A program made the position numbers and the translations under genes. This document shows positions 1 to 10,440 of a DNA stretch of 64,000 bases, in pieces. The notes under the pieces were generated by a model. The model did not search any database. It was not told the origin of the DNA and saw only the letters and a program-made list of their open reading frames with translations. Within the stretch, counting starts at the first letter, position 1. Every line of letters begins with the position of its first letter. The stretch comes from Candidatus Latescibacterota bacterium (lineage in GTDB: Bacteria; Latescibacterota; UBA2968; UBA8231): the NCBI GenBank assembly GCA_965248265.1, contig CBDFJF010000002.1:256001-320000 (forward strand), written 5' to 3'.

Positions 1-495
1 GATCCGTTGGCGCTGACCACCGGAAAACTCATGGGCGTAGCGATGGATGTGGTTGGGGGAGAGCCCGACGATCTCCAACAGTTCCTTGACTCTCTCCTCC
101 GAATCCTTGCGCGTTCCCATCTTGTGGACGACCAGGCCCTCGCCGACGATGGCGCCTACCGTCATCCGCGGATTCAGCGAGCCGTAGGGGTCCTGAAAGA
201 TGATCTGCATGCGTTTGCGGATGTCCCGCAGTTCCTGTCCAGCCAGGGACAGGACATCGATGCCTTCGAACCGAACGTCGCCTGAAGTGGGTTCGATGAT
301 GCGCAGTACGGTGCGTCCCGCTGTGGTCTTGCCGCAGCCACTCTCGCCGACCAGGCCAAGGGTTTCGCCTTTGTCGATGTGGAATGAAACGTCGTCGACG
401 GCCTGGACTTGTGCCGCGACGCGAGAGAAGACTCCCTTGCGGATCGGGAAGTACTTTTTGAGATTCTCCACTCTCAGCAGGGGTTCGTTACTCAT
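1..495 (-). CDS. oppF: Oligopeptide/dipeptide ABC transporter ATP-binding subunit (OppF/DppF-type), 3' end runs off the window
   Basis: My minus-strand translation from ATG at 495: [58 protein letters not shown] (Walker A), later LSGGQR. Start overlaps the stop of the upstream ATPase. Not in the ORF track because it is truncated. Confidence 0.9.
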   Translation of the reverse strand, partial: MSNEPLLRVENLKKYFPIRKGVFSRVAAQVQAVDDVSFHIDKGETLGLVGESGCGKTTAGRTVLRIIEPTSGDVRFEGIDVLSLAGQELRDIRKRMQIIFQDPYGSLNPRMTVGAIVGEGLVVHKMGTRKDSEERVKELLEIVGLSPNHIHRYAHEFSGGQRQRI

Positions 496-1450
496 AGAGC
501 ACGCATGATACCCAGTGGCCGGGTTTGACTTCTAGAAGCTCGGGTTCAACGGCGCTGCAGTTTTCTTTCACCTGATCGCAACGGGGATGGAACTTGCATC
601 CACTGGGAAAATACAAAGGATTCGGAACCGACCCCGGAATCACCGCCAGCGCATCCTCAGGGTTCATTCCGAGTTTCGGGCGCGACCGGAAGAGGCCCTG
701 CGAATAGGGATGCATCGGATTGCCGAACAGCTCGCCGGTTTCGGCGTATTCGACAATCTTCCCAGCGTACATCACCACGACTTCGTCAGCCGTTTCCGCG
801 ATTACACCCAGATCATGAGTAATCATCAGGATCGACATGCCGAATTCACTCTGCAGCTCCTTCAGCAGATCGAGGATCTGCGCCTGGATGGTGACGTCGA
901 GTGCCGTCGTCGGCTCGTCTGCAATCAACAGCGCAGGGTTACAGGCCAGGGCCATGGCGATCATGACCCGCTGTCGCATGCCGCCAGACATCTGGTGGGG
1001 GTATTCGTCGATTCGCTGTTCGGGGGAAGGGATGCCGACCTTCTGCAGCAACTCAATGGTACGTTGGCGGGCCTCGCCCTTCGTGGTTTTTTCGTGAAGG
1101 ATGATGGCTTCCCCGATCTGGTTGCCGACCGTGAAGACGGGGTTCAGCGATGTCATCGGCTCCTGAAAAATCATGGAAATGCGATTGCCGCGGATTGCCC
1201 GCATGTCCGCTTCCGACAGGGTACTCAGATCGTTCCCATCGAACAGGACCTGGCCCTCGACGATCTTGCCAGGGTCGGGAATAAGACGGAGAATGGAGAG
1301 CGCGGTTATCGACTTGCCGCAGCCCGACTCACCGACCACCCCCAGGGTCTTGCCGTGGGGAATCCGGTAGGTAACCCCGTCGACGGCGCGCACGACTCCG
1401 GCTTCGGTGAAGAAGTGTGTCTTCAGGCCCTGCAGTTCCAGGAGATACAC
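488..1450 (-). CDS. oppD: Oligopeptide/dipeptide ABC transporter ATP-binding subunit (OppD/DppD-type)
   Basis: GESGCGKS Walker [19 protein letters not shown] signature, [11 protein letters not shown] Walker B, HPY and C-terminal GCKFHPRC oligopeptide-transporter tail. Confidence 0.95.
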   Translation of the reverse strand: MYLLELQGLKTHFFTEAGVVRAVDGVTYRIPHGKTLGVVGESGCGKSITALSILRLIPDPGKIVEGQVLFDGNDLSTLSEADMRAIRGNRISMIFQEPMTSLNPVFTVGNQIGEAIILHEKTTKGEARQRTIELLQKVGIPSPEQRIDEYPHQMSGGMRQRVMIAMALACNPALLIADEPTTALDVTIQAQILDLLKELQSEFGMSILMITHDLGVIAETADEVVVMYAGKIVEYAETGELFGNPMHPYSQGLFRSRPKLGMNPEDALAVIPGSVPNPLYFPSGCKFHPRCDQVKENCSAVEPELLEVKPGHWVSCVLYE

Positions 1451-1508
1451 AGCCGCGTCTACCTTATTATATCCCTATGCATTATCACACCAAGATAAGG
1501 TCAGCATC

Positions 1509-3545
1509 ATGAAGATCCGCTGGATTCCCATATTCGCTGTCGCCGTATTTCTGGACAGCGCCATGCTGTCGGGGGATGAAGACAAGGGCAAGGCGCCGAA
1601 GCATCCGCCTCACTGGCTGGCGCTGTGGACAGGCTCCAATCCGACGAGTTTCAACCCGCTCACGACACGGGATGCGAACGCATCCAGAATCAAGGCCCAC
1701 ATCTTTGAGTCCCTCCTGGTGATTGATCTGCAGGCCTGGGATCCGGATCTCAAAACCTACGGCAAGCGGGGTTTCCTGGCTTCAATGTGGGAGGTCTCCG
1801 AGAACACGATTGAGAAGGGCGAAGACATCGACTGGGAACTGGTGGACTCGATGAAAGACGGAAAGCCCTGCAAGGCCTACAAAGAAGTGAAGACGGAAAA
1901 GGACCAAGACAGCTACACAATCACGTTCCAGCTGCGGAAGAATGTCAAGTTTTCCGACGGCGAGCCCATGGACGCCGATGACGTCGTTTTCTCCTGGCGC
2001 ACGCGATGGAACCCCTTCGTCGATAACCCTCACCTGAAGGCCTACATGACCGACGTCAACGAAAAAGTCGGATTCAACGGCCTCGAGAAAATCGATCAGT
2101 ACACTGTAAAGTTCCACATGAAGAACCTGCACTTCGATGCACTCGGCAATTCGGCGATCGCCGTAATGCCTGAGCACATCTACGGGACCTACGGCGCCGA
2201 CGGCGAAGGCTTCAAGAAGGGTGACAAGATTCCCAACTGGACCGGGGTGTCGGTCGATGAGGATGTCGATTGGGTGCGCTGCGACCATGGTCACATTCTC
2301 GCCGAGGAGAAGGAAGCAGGCGGCGGCGAGAAGACCTGGGTCAAGGTGAAGGGTCCGAGGCAGACGAAGCGCGACGAGATTCTCAAGGGGTTCGCCGATG
2401 CCTTCAACACCCATGCACGCAATCTCAAACCGCTGGGAAGCGGTCCCTACACTCTGGAGGAGTACGTCAGGAACGAGAAGATCGTCCTGGCGCGCGACCC
2501 GAATTACTGGAATGCGGAGGAGGCTCGGGAGCGCGGCGACTACCGGATTCAGAAAAAGCTGTACCGAATCATCGAGGACCGGGGACAGATGTTCCAATCG
2601 GCCCTTGCCGGCGAGCTCGACACGATCGGCATGGACGCCGAGCAGTGGGACGAGAAAACATCCGATCCGGAGTTCAAGGATCGCTTCGCTAAGTTCCGCT
2701 ATTACAGCGCCAGCTACGGATACGTGGGCTGGAACATGCGGCACAAACTCAAGGATTCCGATACGGGAACGCGGATACTGCACCAACGCGATGTCCGAGT
2801 AGCCCTCACCTACATGACCAACCGACCCCGGATGCTCGAGGAGATCTCGCGCGGACACGGAAAAATCGTGACCGGACCTTTCTACTTCGAGCTGGGGGCC
2901 AATGATGCCAATCTCAGGCCGCGCCCTTTTGATATTGAGCGAGCCGTCGCCAAGCTGGAGAAGGCGGGGTGGATGCTGAACGACGAGACCGGCATCCGGG
3001 AGAAGGAAGTGCTCTGCCAGGAAGAAGACGGCACGGAATACATGCAGACGATTCCTCTTTCCATCCGGCTGATGGTTCCGAGTTCCGGTGGTGCGACTGG
3101 GGTAGCCATGCGTCGTGCTACCATGATGAAGGAGGACTTCAAGAAGGGCGGCGTCGAGCTGATCGTCGAATCGGTGGAGTGGACGGTTTTCACCGATCGC
3201 CTCGACAAGCAGGATTTCCAGGGATGTATGCTCGGATGGCGTCTCGGCCTCGAACCTGATCCCTACCAGATCTGGCATTCGTCGCAAACGGGAAAATCCG
3301 GATCCAACTTCGTGAATTTCGTCGACGAAGAGGTGGATGACTGGATCGTTGAAGGGCGCCGCACCATGGACCCCGTCAAGCGGGCGGAGATCTTCCGCAA
3401 GATTCACCGACGCATCTATCGGGAGCAGCCCTACACTTTCATGTTCACCGGAGAGGCGCTGACGGGAATCCACAAACGCATCCGGAACGTGAAGGCCTAT
3501 CCGGTGGCAGGCGTCGATCAGAACGAGTGGTTCATCGACTGGTAG
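1509..3545 (+). CDS. oppA: Peptide/nickel-type ABC transporter substrate-binding protein (family 5) with large insertions
   Basis: Signal-like N-terminus MKIRWIPIFAVAVF; TITFQLRKNVKFSDGEPMDADDVVFSW family-5 motif; GSGPY; DPYQIWHSSQ. Start placed at ATG 1509 after an AAGGT RBS. Confidence 0.88.
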   Translation: MKIRWIPIFAVAVFLDSAMLSGDEDKGKAPKHPPHWLALWTGSNPTSFNPLTTRDANASRIKAHIFESLLVIDLQAWDPDLKTYGKRGFLASMWEVSENTIEKGEDIDWELVDSMKDGKPCKAYKEVKTEKDQDSYTITFQLRKNVKFSDGEPMDADDVVFSWRTRWNPFVDNPHLKAYMTDVNEKVGFNGLEKIDQYTVKFHMKNLHFDALGNSAIAVMPEHIYGTYGADGEGFKKGDKIPNWTGVSVDEDVDWVRCDHGHILAEEKEAGGGEKTWVKVKGPRQTKRDEILKGFADAFNTHARNLKPLGSGPYTLEEYVRNEKIVLARDPNYWNAEEARERGDYRIQKKLYRIIEDRGQMFQSALAGELDTIGMDAEQWDEKTSDPEFKDRFAKFRYYSASYGYVGWNMRHKLKDSDTGTRILHQRDVRVALTYMTNRPRMLEEISRGHGKIVTGPFYFELGANDANLRPRPFDIERAVAKLEKAGWMLNDETGIREKEVLCQEEDGTEYMQTIPLSIRLMVPSSGGATGVAMRRATMMKEDFKKGGVELIVESVEWTVFTDRLDKQDFQGCMLGWRLGLEPDPYQIWHSSQTGKSGSNFVNFVDEEVDDWIVEGRRTMDPVKRAEIFRKIHRRIYREQPYTFMFTGEALTGIHKRIRNVKAYPVAGVDQNEWFIDW

Positions 3546-3551
3546 ATATCG

Positions 3552-4568
3552 TTGGTAACCTATATCATCCGGCGCGTCCTCTTTCTGATCCCGACCCTGA
3601 TCGGGATCACCATGCTCGGCTATTGCATCATGCGAGTCGCGCCCGGCAGTCCGGTGCAGCAGTCCGCCATGGATGACTTCGGCGGGATCGAGGGCACGGC
3701 GGCGGAGGCTCAGCGGGAAGCGCAGCAACGCAAGATCGAGGAGTTCCATCTCGACAAACACCCCGTCGTCGGCTATCTCCACTGGGCCAACGACGTCTTA
3801 CGCGGCGACATGGGGCGGTCGCTGATCGGCGAGCGCGAGCCGGTGGCGGACAAGATGTGGAGCGGGCTGCGCGTCACGATTCCCCTCAACGTCATCGCTA
3901 TCATCATCAGCTACATGGTGTCGATTCCGCTGGGGATCTACGCAGCGGTCCGGCACAACGACATCTTCGATCGTGTTTCCGCGATAGCGCTGTTCTTCCT
4001 CTATTCTATCCCAAGTCTGGTGGTCTGTTACATAGCGCTCTGGGTATTTGCCTATGGCCAGCCATTCGATTTTATGCCAAGTCGGGGTTTGTACGGCGAT
4101 GAGTGGTCAACCATGGGACTCTTCGCCCGGCTCGCCACCTACGGCCATCACGCCGCGCTGCCCATTTTTGCCATGACCATCGGGTCATTCACCGTGATGT
4201 CGCGCTTCATGCGCACGGCGATGCTGGAGGTCATCCGGCAGGATTATATCCGGACCGCCCGCGCGAAGGGTCTTAGTGAGAGCGTCGTCATTCTCAAGCA
4301 CGCTCTGCGCAACGGCGTGCTGCCGGTCATCACGATCATGGCGGGGCTGGTTCCCGGCCTGATCGGAGGATCCGTGATCCTGGAGACCATATTCGGATTG
4401 CCGGGAATCGGCAGGATTGGATTCGCGGCGGTGCTGGAGCGGGACTACACCATGGTGATGGGGACATTCCTCGTAAGCGGCTCACTCACTCTGATCAGCC
4501 TGCTGATCGTCGACATCGCCTACGTCCTGGTGGATCCCCGAATCTCTTTCGAATCAAGGGCGCGCTGA
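3552..4568 (+). CDS. oppB: Peptide ABC transporter permease (OppB/DppB-type)
   Basis: YIIRRVLFLIPTL N-terminus, GDMGRS, EAA-loop region DYIRTARAKGLSE...HALRN, ETIFGLPGIG, DPRI end. Confidence 0.93.
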   Translation: MVTYIIRRVLFLIPTLIGITMLGYCIMRVAPGSPVQQSAMDDFGGIEGTAAEAQREAQQRKIEEFHLDKHPVVGYLHWANDVLRGDMGRSLIGEREPVADKMWSGLRVTIPLNVIAIIISYMVSIPLGIYAAVRHNDIFDRVSAIALFFLYSIPSLVVCYIALWVFAYGQPFDFMPSRGLYGDEWSTMGLFARLATYGHHAALPIFAMTIGSFTVMSRFMRTAMLEVIRQDYIRTARAKGLSESVVILKHALRNGVLPVITIMAGLVPGLIGGSVILETIFGLPGIGRIGFAAVLERDYTMVMGTFLVSGSLTLISLLIVDIAYVLVDPRISFESRAR

Positions 4569-4569
4569 C

Positions 4570-6252
4570 ATGGCCGACGAGTTCAGAGAGGAGCAGGCAA
4601 GCCCTCCATATTGGGAACGAGTCTGGGCTTCGTTCTGGCGCTTCCGGACGAACCGGATCTCAACCCGTGTCGTCTACGCCATGTTCGCTATCGGCGTACT
4701 GGCCCCCCTGCTCGCCAACGGATTCCCCCTGGCCATGAGCCTACCCGTGGCGCTGCCGACGCTGGAGGACCAGAAGACCGCGATGTTTCGGGAACGCAAC
4801 AAGGCGCTCGAAGCGGAGCGCAGTGCGGCCCTGGACTCCGTCGACGAAGGAGAACCTGACGCTTTCGAACGACTGGAGCGCGCCGAGGATGCTCTGAAAG
4901 CCGCCAAACCCGATTTCGACAACAACGTCTGGCCTGATGAAAGGGCGAAGATTCTACAGGCATCGGAAACGACGCTCAGTTTTCCCGTCATGATCGATCT
5001 GTGCCGGCCACAGCGGGAATCGGCCATCCTCGACTATGTCTACAACGGGTTCCTCCTCGGCTTCCTCATATGTATCGTGCCGATTCTGATCTGGCGCTTC
5101 TCCAGGGGTCCGATCGGATTCAGGCGCACGGTCCAGATGATGCTGGTGATGGAGGCGGTTGGTGCCATCGTCATCTTCATCGGAGCGGGGCAGACCAGTT
5201 CGACCTTCGTTGACTACTACCAGATCTCCAGGTTATCGGAGGACGAGAACGTCGGATGGGTGCTGTGGCCTCCAATACCTTACAGCTACTACGGGAACCC
5301 CAAGGGGCACATCCTTTTGCCCCCGCCGTACCTGGCTGATCCGGAAACCTACCTTGAGCGTGCCCAGGCGGCGCGTCTTGCAAAGGCAGATGCCGAGACG
5401 CAGGTTGCCGAACTCTCCCTGGAACTCGAACGCCTGCGGCCGGTCGGTGCGCCTGCGGCGATTGCTCAAGCGGTGGCAGACCTGAGTGACGCGGAAAAGC
5501 GGGTCGTGGATGAGGGCGACAACATCCGCAGTGCTGAGAACGTGGCAAAACGAGAACAGTTTGCGCTGGAGGTGGATGCCCACCTGATCGGCGCTGACGC
5601 GAATGGCCGCGACGTGCTGTCACGCCTTATCCACGGGACCCGGATCGCGCTTTCGATCGGCTTCATCGCCGTGACTATTGCGAATCTCATTGGGATCACT
5701 CTCGGTGCCTGCATGGGCTACTTCGGTGGAATCTTCGATTTTTTGGGAATGCGCCTGCTCGAGCTGATGATGGGCGTCCCCACCTTCTTCCTCATGCTCA
5801 CGATCATCGCGCTGTGGCCTGACGTGGGCATCTGGGGAATGATGTTCGTTATCGGCCTGACGTCCTGGCCGGGGAGTGCCCGCCTGATCCGGGGCGAATT
5901 TCTGCGCCTTCGGCAGTTGGACTACGTGAGCGCCGCCGTCGCCCTTGGAAGTCGGCCAAGCCGGATCATGTTCCGCCATCTTCTGCCCAACGCTCTGGCG
6001 CCAATCATGGTCTCCGTGCCCTTCGGAGTTGTCGGTGCGATTCTGGCAGAATCGGGACTGTCGTTTCTGGGAATCGGATTGCGCCCCCCGGTGGCGTCAT
6101 GGGGCGAGATCCTCTCTGAAGGACGGGCGTTCTTTCCCGATAGTTCGTGGTTGATCTGGTTTCCGTCGCTGGCAATCTTCGTGACCGTGACCTGCTACAC
6201 TCTGGTGGGCCAGGGGTTCCGAGATGCAACCGATCCACGGCTGAATTCCTAG
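4570..6252 (+). CDS. oppC: Peptide ABC transporter permease (OppC/DppC-type), enlarged to 560 aa
   Basis: HLIGADANGRDVLSRLIHGTRIAL, YVSAAVALG...RHLLPNA, ESGLSFLGIG, SWGEIL, DATDPR; extra helical inserts in the N-terminal half. Confidence 0.88.
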   Translation: MADEFREEQASPPYWERVWASFWRFRTNRISTRVVYAMFAIGVLAPLLANGFPLAMSLPVALPTLEDQKTAMFRERNKALEAERSAALDSVDEGEPDAFERLERAEDALKAAKPDFDNNVWPDERAKILQASETTLSFPVMIDLCRPQRESAILDYVYNGFLLGFLICIVPILIWRFSRGPIGFRRTVQMMLVMEAVGAIVIFIGAGQTSSTFVDYYQISRLSEDENVGWVLWPPIPYSYYGNPKGHILLPPPYLADPETYLERAQAARLAKADAETQVAELSLELERLRPVGAPAAIAQAVADLSDAEKRVVDEGDNIRSAENVAKREQFALEVDAHLIGADANGRDVLSRLIHGTRIALSIGFIAVTIANLIGITLGACMGYFGGIFDFLGMRLLELMMGVPTFFLMLTIIALWPDVGIWGMMFVIGLTSWPGSARLIRGEFLRLRQLDYVSAAVALGSRPSRIMFRHLLPNALAPIMVSVPFGVVGAILAESGLSFLGIGLRPPVASWGEILSEGRAFFPDSSWLIWFPSLAIFVTVTCYTLVGQGFRDATDPRLNS

Positions 6253-6986
6253 TGACTGAAGCGCAACTACACAAGTGCTGTCAGGAGATACTGACCGACG
6301 GGTTCTGCATCCTCCGCGATCTCCTTCAGGTAACCGTCATTGACGAGTGCGCCAGGGCTTTCGAGCCGATCCTCGAAGCGCACATGGATGAAATCCGCGA
6401 GAAGCCGAATCGCGGGCCGAACCGGCATTTCATCAAATGCCCCTTCGAGCCACCCTTTTCCAATCCCGTGCTCTACGAAAACGAGACGGTGCTATCGATC
6501 GTCGACCAACTGCTCGGCGAGGACGCGGCCATCGGCAGTTACGCCACGGACACGCCCCTGCAGGGCTCCGTTCATCAGGATTTTCACGGCGACGTGGCGG
6601 CGCTGTTCCCGGAGACCGGTCTGGTAACGCCGCCCTATATCCTGGCGTTCAACTTTGCTTTGGTTGACGTGACTTTTGAAAACGGTCCCTTCGAAACAGC
6701 GAGAGGAAGTCATCGGTTTACACGCGAAGAAGGGTTGCGCAAGGTCAAGAGCGGTGAGTTGGCGCTGGAGCCCCTGTTGCTGAACCGGGGTGATGCCCTG
6801 GTGCGAGATCCGCGTCATATCCATCGGGGCACACCAAACAACTCTCCGACGCCAAGGCCGGTGGCCGTGATCGGCTACGTCAAGGGATGGTACCGATTCG
6901 ACAAGATGTCGACAATATCGAAGGAGGAACAGGAGAAACTATCCGAGCGGGGAAGGCAATTATTGCGGTTCGCGCCGCAGGAATAA
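6252..6986 (+). CDS. Phytanoyl-CoA dioxygenase (PhyH) family Fe(II)/2-oxoglutarate oxygenase
   Basis: DGFCILRDLL N-terminal motif, QDFHGD (HxD), ENGPFETARGSH, HRGTPN...R. GTG start overlaps the oppC stop. Confidence 0.82.
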   Translation: MTEAQLHKCCQEILTDGFCILRDLLQVTVIDECARAFEPILEAHMDEIREKPNRGPNRHFIKCPFEPPFSNPVLYENETVLSIVDQLLGEDAAIGSYATDTPLQGSVHQDFHGDVAALFPETGLVTPPYILAFNFALVDVTFENGPFETARGSHRFTREEGLRKVKSGELALEPLLLNRGDALVRDPRHIHRGTPNNSPTPRPVAVIGYVKGWYRFDKMSTISKEEQEKLSERGRQLLRFAPQE

Positions 6987-7009
6987 GAGCGCGCAATGCC
7001 CTTAACGCG

Positions 7010-7810
7010 TCACCCCATGGCCACGCCACCATCCACATTGATGGCCTGACCAGTGATGTTGCGGGCCTCTTCCGAGGCCAGGAAAGCCACTAGATTGCCG
7101 ACATCTTCCGGAGATTGCTCGCGCTGCAGTGGCGTTACATTGCGCACGTATTGCTCGAAGGCGGCGCGGGGTTCCAGTTCGGCGAAGGCAGCTTCCGTTT
7201 TCGCCAGCTCCGGTGCGAGGCTCTTCCAGAAAGGTGTCCACAGCATGCCAGGGCAAACGGCGTTGACGTTGATGTTGTGGCCCCCCAGATCCTTGGCCAG
7301 CAATCGGGTCAGGCTCAGCAACGCGTTCTTGGCTGCGGCGTAGGCCGGCAGAAACACCGGATCACGCTTGGCGGCGATGGATGAGATGTTGATGATCTTG
7401 CCGTACTTTCGCTCCTTCATGTGGTCGACGACGGCCCGGCACAGCATGAACGGTCCCTTGACGTTGATGTCGTAGTTGTCGTCCCAGGTGGATATCGAAT
7501 GGTCGGTAACGGCGCCGCCGACGTGGGTGCCGAAGTGTCCGGCGTTGTTGACGACGATGTCGACGCGGCCAAAGGTGTCTATCGTCTGAGCCACCAGGTC
7601 ATCGCAGGACGAGGCATCGGTAACATCGGTGCGCACGACGAGACCGCGCCGGCCCGTCTTTTCCGCTTCGTCGACGACCTTTTGCGCGTTCTCGGTATTG
7701 ATATCCGAGACGACGATGTCCGCCCCCTCCCGGGTCAGGCACCGGCAGATGCCGCTGCCGATGCCGCCGCCACCGCCCGTGACGATGGCAATACTATCCT
7801 TTAATCGCAT
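7010..7810 (-). CDS. Short-chain dehydrogenase/reductase (classical SDR)
   Basis: TGGGGGIG Rossmann motif, NNAG, SS, YAAAK catalytic motif, NAVCPG, ITGQAINVDGG. Confidence 0.93.
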   Translation of the reverse strand: MRLKDSIAIVTGGGGGIGSGICRCLTREGADIVVSDINTENAQKVVDEAEKTGRRGLVVRTDVTDASSCDDLVAQTIDTFGRVDIVVNNAGHFGTHVGGAVTDHSISTWDDNYDINVKGPFMLCRAVVDHMKERKYGKIINISSIAAKRDPVFLPAYAAAKNALLSLTRLLAKDLGGHNINVNAVCPGMLWTPFWKSLAPELAKTEAAFAELEPRAAFEQYVRNVTPLQREQSPEDVGNLVAFLASEEARNITGQAINVDGGVAMG

Positions 7811-8010
7811 GGTCTACGCTCCTTGATCGGCGTTAGTATCCCGACGCCGGTGGCTTCGTCCAGTTCTTCCACACTAGCCAGAACCGGATTCACCTTCGGG
7901 TATTGCGCTACAATGCGCAAGTCCTTGACCCTCCGGAGGGTTGGCTTGAAGCTTCGTTGGCAGATGCACGTGTCGACGATGAGAGTCGGGCGAAGGAACA
8001 GGAGGATGTC

Positions 8011-10410
8011 GTGAAAGAAATGTTGCTGGTAGTGATGAGCACAGCTGTTTTCGGCGCGGCCGTGTGTCATGCTCAGATCATCGAGACCATTGCCGGAGGG
8101 TACATCGTCGATGGCGGACCAGCGGCGGAAGCGAACTTTCTCGAGCTCAACGCCGTTCACGGCGACGGAAGCGGCAATCTCTACCTCGCCGATGCTAACC
8201 GGATCCGCCGCATCGATGCCACCACGGGCGACATCACCACACTGGCCGGCAACGAAAATGTGGGTTACTCCGGCGATGGCGGGCCGGCTACGGAGGCCAG
8301 GATTTCGTTGCCTATTGCTGTGACAACGGATCCTGAAGGAAACGTCCTCTTTGCCGACTTGAACAACAACCGAATTCGCCGTATCGATGTGCACACGGGC
8401 ACCATCGAGACTCTTGCCGGCACAGGAACTGAGGGTTTTTCTGGTGATGGTGGACCAGCCATCGCTGCGGCGCTGGCTCGACCTCGCGCGGTAGTGGTGG
8501 ATGGGAGCGGCACTGTGTACCTGGCGGGCGAAAGTCTGAGAGTCCGCAGAATCGACGCAACGTCTGGGGTAATCAGCACCTACGCTGGTACGGGTTCCTT
8601 GACGCCTGACTATGAGGGTGGCGAGGGTGGGCCCGCTATCGAGGCCGATCTGGGTGTGATTCGGGCAATGGCGCTGGCCGCTGACGGGACGCTTTACTTC
8701 GACCTCAATCGTCGTGTCGTCGCCAAGATTGATCCCATCACAGGGACACTGTCCCGGATCGCCGGACAACACCAGCACACCAACTTAGACTCCGGAGATG
8801 GGGGTCCAGCGCTAGACGCGAAGCTGACCGCAGTCAATGCTCTGGCTGTGGACACGTCCGGGGATCTTTACGTGGCTACCAACTACCGAGTCCGTAAGGT
8901 CGACACCGAGACCGGTGTGATATCAACCATCGCAGGCGCCGGTTACGGCCCGTTCTCCGGCGACGGAGGTGCAGCCGTAGATGCCTACTTGAGCGATCCG
9001 GCTGGCCTCTGGGTCGACGCCGACGGCAACATCCTCGTGGCCGACCAGGGCAATCATCGCCTGCGACGTATCGAAGAGACGAGCGGGGTCATCACCACTG
9101 TAGCTGGCGGCCATGTCGGCGACGGCCGGACAGCCCTGGAGGCTTCGTTCTCCGGTGCGTTTTCCGTGGCGCCGAATGGCGACATCCTCATCGCCGACGA
9201 CATGAATTACCGAGTGCGCCGGATCGACGCGGAGAGTGGGCACATCTCGACCGTCGCAGGAACGGGAATCCAGCGGGAGACTTCTGGGTTGATCTCATCA
9301 GGTCCGGCTCGAGATGTGCGGTTGTGGCGCCCGCAGGACGTGGTCACGGACTCTCACGGCACCATCTATATCACAGACGGGCTCCAGGTACTGAGGCTGG
9401 ATCCGCAGACTGGTCAGCTGGCCGCGTTTGCGGGTAACGGACAACTGGGGGCCTATGGGGGTGACGGTAAGGCCGCCCTGGAGATCGCGATGGTTCCGAG
9501 CGCGATCGCCGCCGGACCACTCGGAGATCTTTACGTCTCCGGCCATAGCGTGGTGTCGCTCGATTGGGGTCGAGTCCTCAAAGTGGATGCTGCTACCGGC
9601 ATCATCTCGACAGTTGCCGGCGGCGACTCGTCAGGGTTCTCGGGCGATGGTGGTCCAGCCGTCGAGGCGCGGTTGCGCCCACCAAGAGATTTGTTGGTCA
9701 CTGGTGACGGCGACCTGTACATCGCCGATGGCAGCCGGGTTCGTTATGTGGACGGGGCTTCGGGACGGATTACGACGATCGCGGGCAATGGCGACTCAGA
9801 CTATCACGGCGATGGCGGTCCGGCAATCGAGGCCGGTCTCGAGGAGATCAGTGCGATGGCCTTGGACGATGGCGGGAACCTGTTTCTGTTTTCGGGTGTG
9901 AGGGTCCGCAAGGTCGACGCAAACACCGGTATCATCACCACCGTCGCCGGCAACGGGCAGCCCGGTGACTCCGGTGACGGGGGATCGGCCCTGGAAGCAA
10001 GCCTGTTTCCAGGCTCCCTCGGTGTGGACCGCAGCGGCGGGTTGCTGATCGGTGGATTGGGGCGTATCCGGCGGGTGGCCGAGGTTGCCACCGCCGTTGT
10101 CAACATGGAGTCAGTCTCGCAACGACCCCTGCGTGCTGCTCTCCACCAGAATTACCCCAACCCATTCAACTCGGGAACCAACATCCCTATTGATTTGCCG
10201 CGGTCGCAGAAGATCGAACTGCGGGTATACAATACGGCTGGTCAACGAGTAGCTACGCTGGCGTCAGGGCATCACACAACGGGTAACCACTCGTTGTACT
10301 GGGATGGACGCGATGATGAAGGGAGGGACCTGGCATCAGGCGTGTACCTCTATAGACTCATCACCGGCAGGGGGCAGGTACAAACACGAAAGTTTGTGCT
10401 CGTGCGGTAG
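8011..10410 (+). CDS. Secreted NHL/teneurin-like repeat beta-propeller protein with C-terminal FlgD-Ig/Por-secretion-type tail
   Basis: Signal peptide (…AAVCHA-Q); about 12 repeats of TxAG…GDGGPAxxA…xxDxxGNLYxAD…RIRxID; C-terminal LHQNYPNPFN…YNTAGQRV…WDGRD…ASGVYLYRL. GTG start after AGGAGGA. Confidence 0.88.
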   Translation: MKEMLLVVMSTAVFGAAVCHAQIIETIAGGYIVDGGPAAEANFLELNAVHGDGSGNLYLADANRIRRIDATTGDITTLAGNENVGYSGDGGPATEARISLPIAVTTDPEGNVLFADLNNNRIRRIDVHTGTIETLAGTGTEGFSGDGGPAIAAALARPRAVVVDGSGTVYLAGESLRVRRIDATSGVISTYAGTGSLTPDYEGGEGGPAIEADLGVIRAMALAADGTLYFDLNRRVVAKIDPITGTLSRIAGQHQHTNLDSGDGGPALDAKLTAVNALAVDTSGDLYVATNYRVRKVDTETGVISTIAGAGYGPFSGDGGAAVDAYLSDPAGLWVDADGNILVADQGNHRLRRIEETSGVITTVAGGHVGDGRTALEASFSGAFSVAPNGDILIADDMNYRVRRIDAESGHISTVAGTGIQRETSGLISSGPARDVRLWRPQDVVTDSHGTIYITDGLQVLRLDPQTGQLAAFAGNGQLGAYGGDGKAALEIAMVPSAIAAGPLGDLYVSGHSVVSLDWGRVLKVDAATGIISTVAGGDSSGFSGDGGPAVEARLRPPRDLLVTGDGDLYIADGSRVRYVDGASGRITTIAGNGDSDYHGDGGPAIEAGLEEISAMALDDGGNLFLFSGVRVRKVDANTGIITTVAGNGQPGDSGDGGSALEASLFPGSLGVDRSGGLLIGGLGRIRRVAEVATAVVNMESVSQRPLRAALHQNYPNPFNSGTNIPIDLPRSQKIELRVYNTAGQRVATLASGHHTTGNHSLYWDGRDDEGRDLASGVYLYRLITGRGQVQTRKFVLVR

Positions 10411-10440
10411 TCCTCGAGCACTCTCCAATGTTCCAATTTG

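Noticed and set aside
1782-3782. 666-aa minus-strand ORF opposite oppA/oppB
   Set aside because: Antisense shadow of a motif-bearing high-GC gene; no recognisable motifs.
8011-10080. Regularly recurring GGCGAYGG-type DNA motifs as a CRISPR or tandem array
   Set aside because: They are degenerate codons for GDGG protein repeats within one ORF; no identical repeat-spacer structure and no cas genes.
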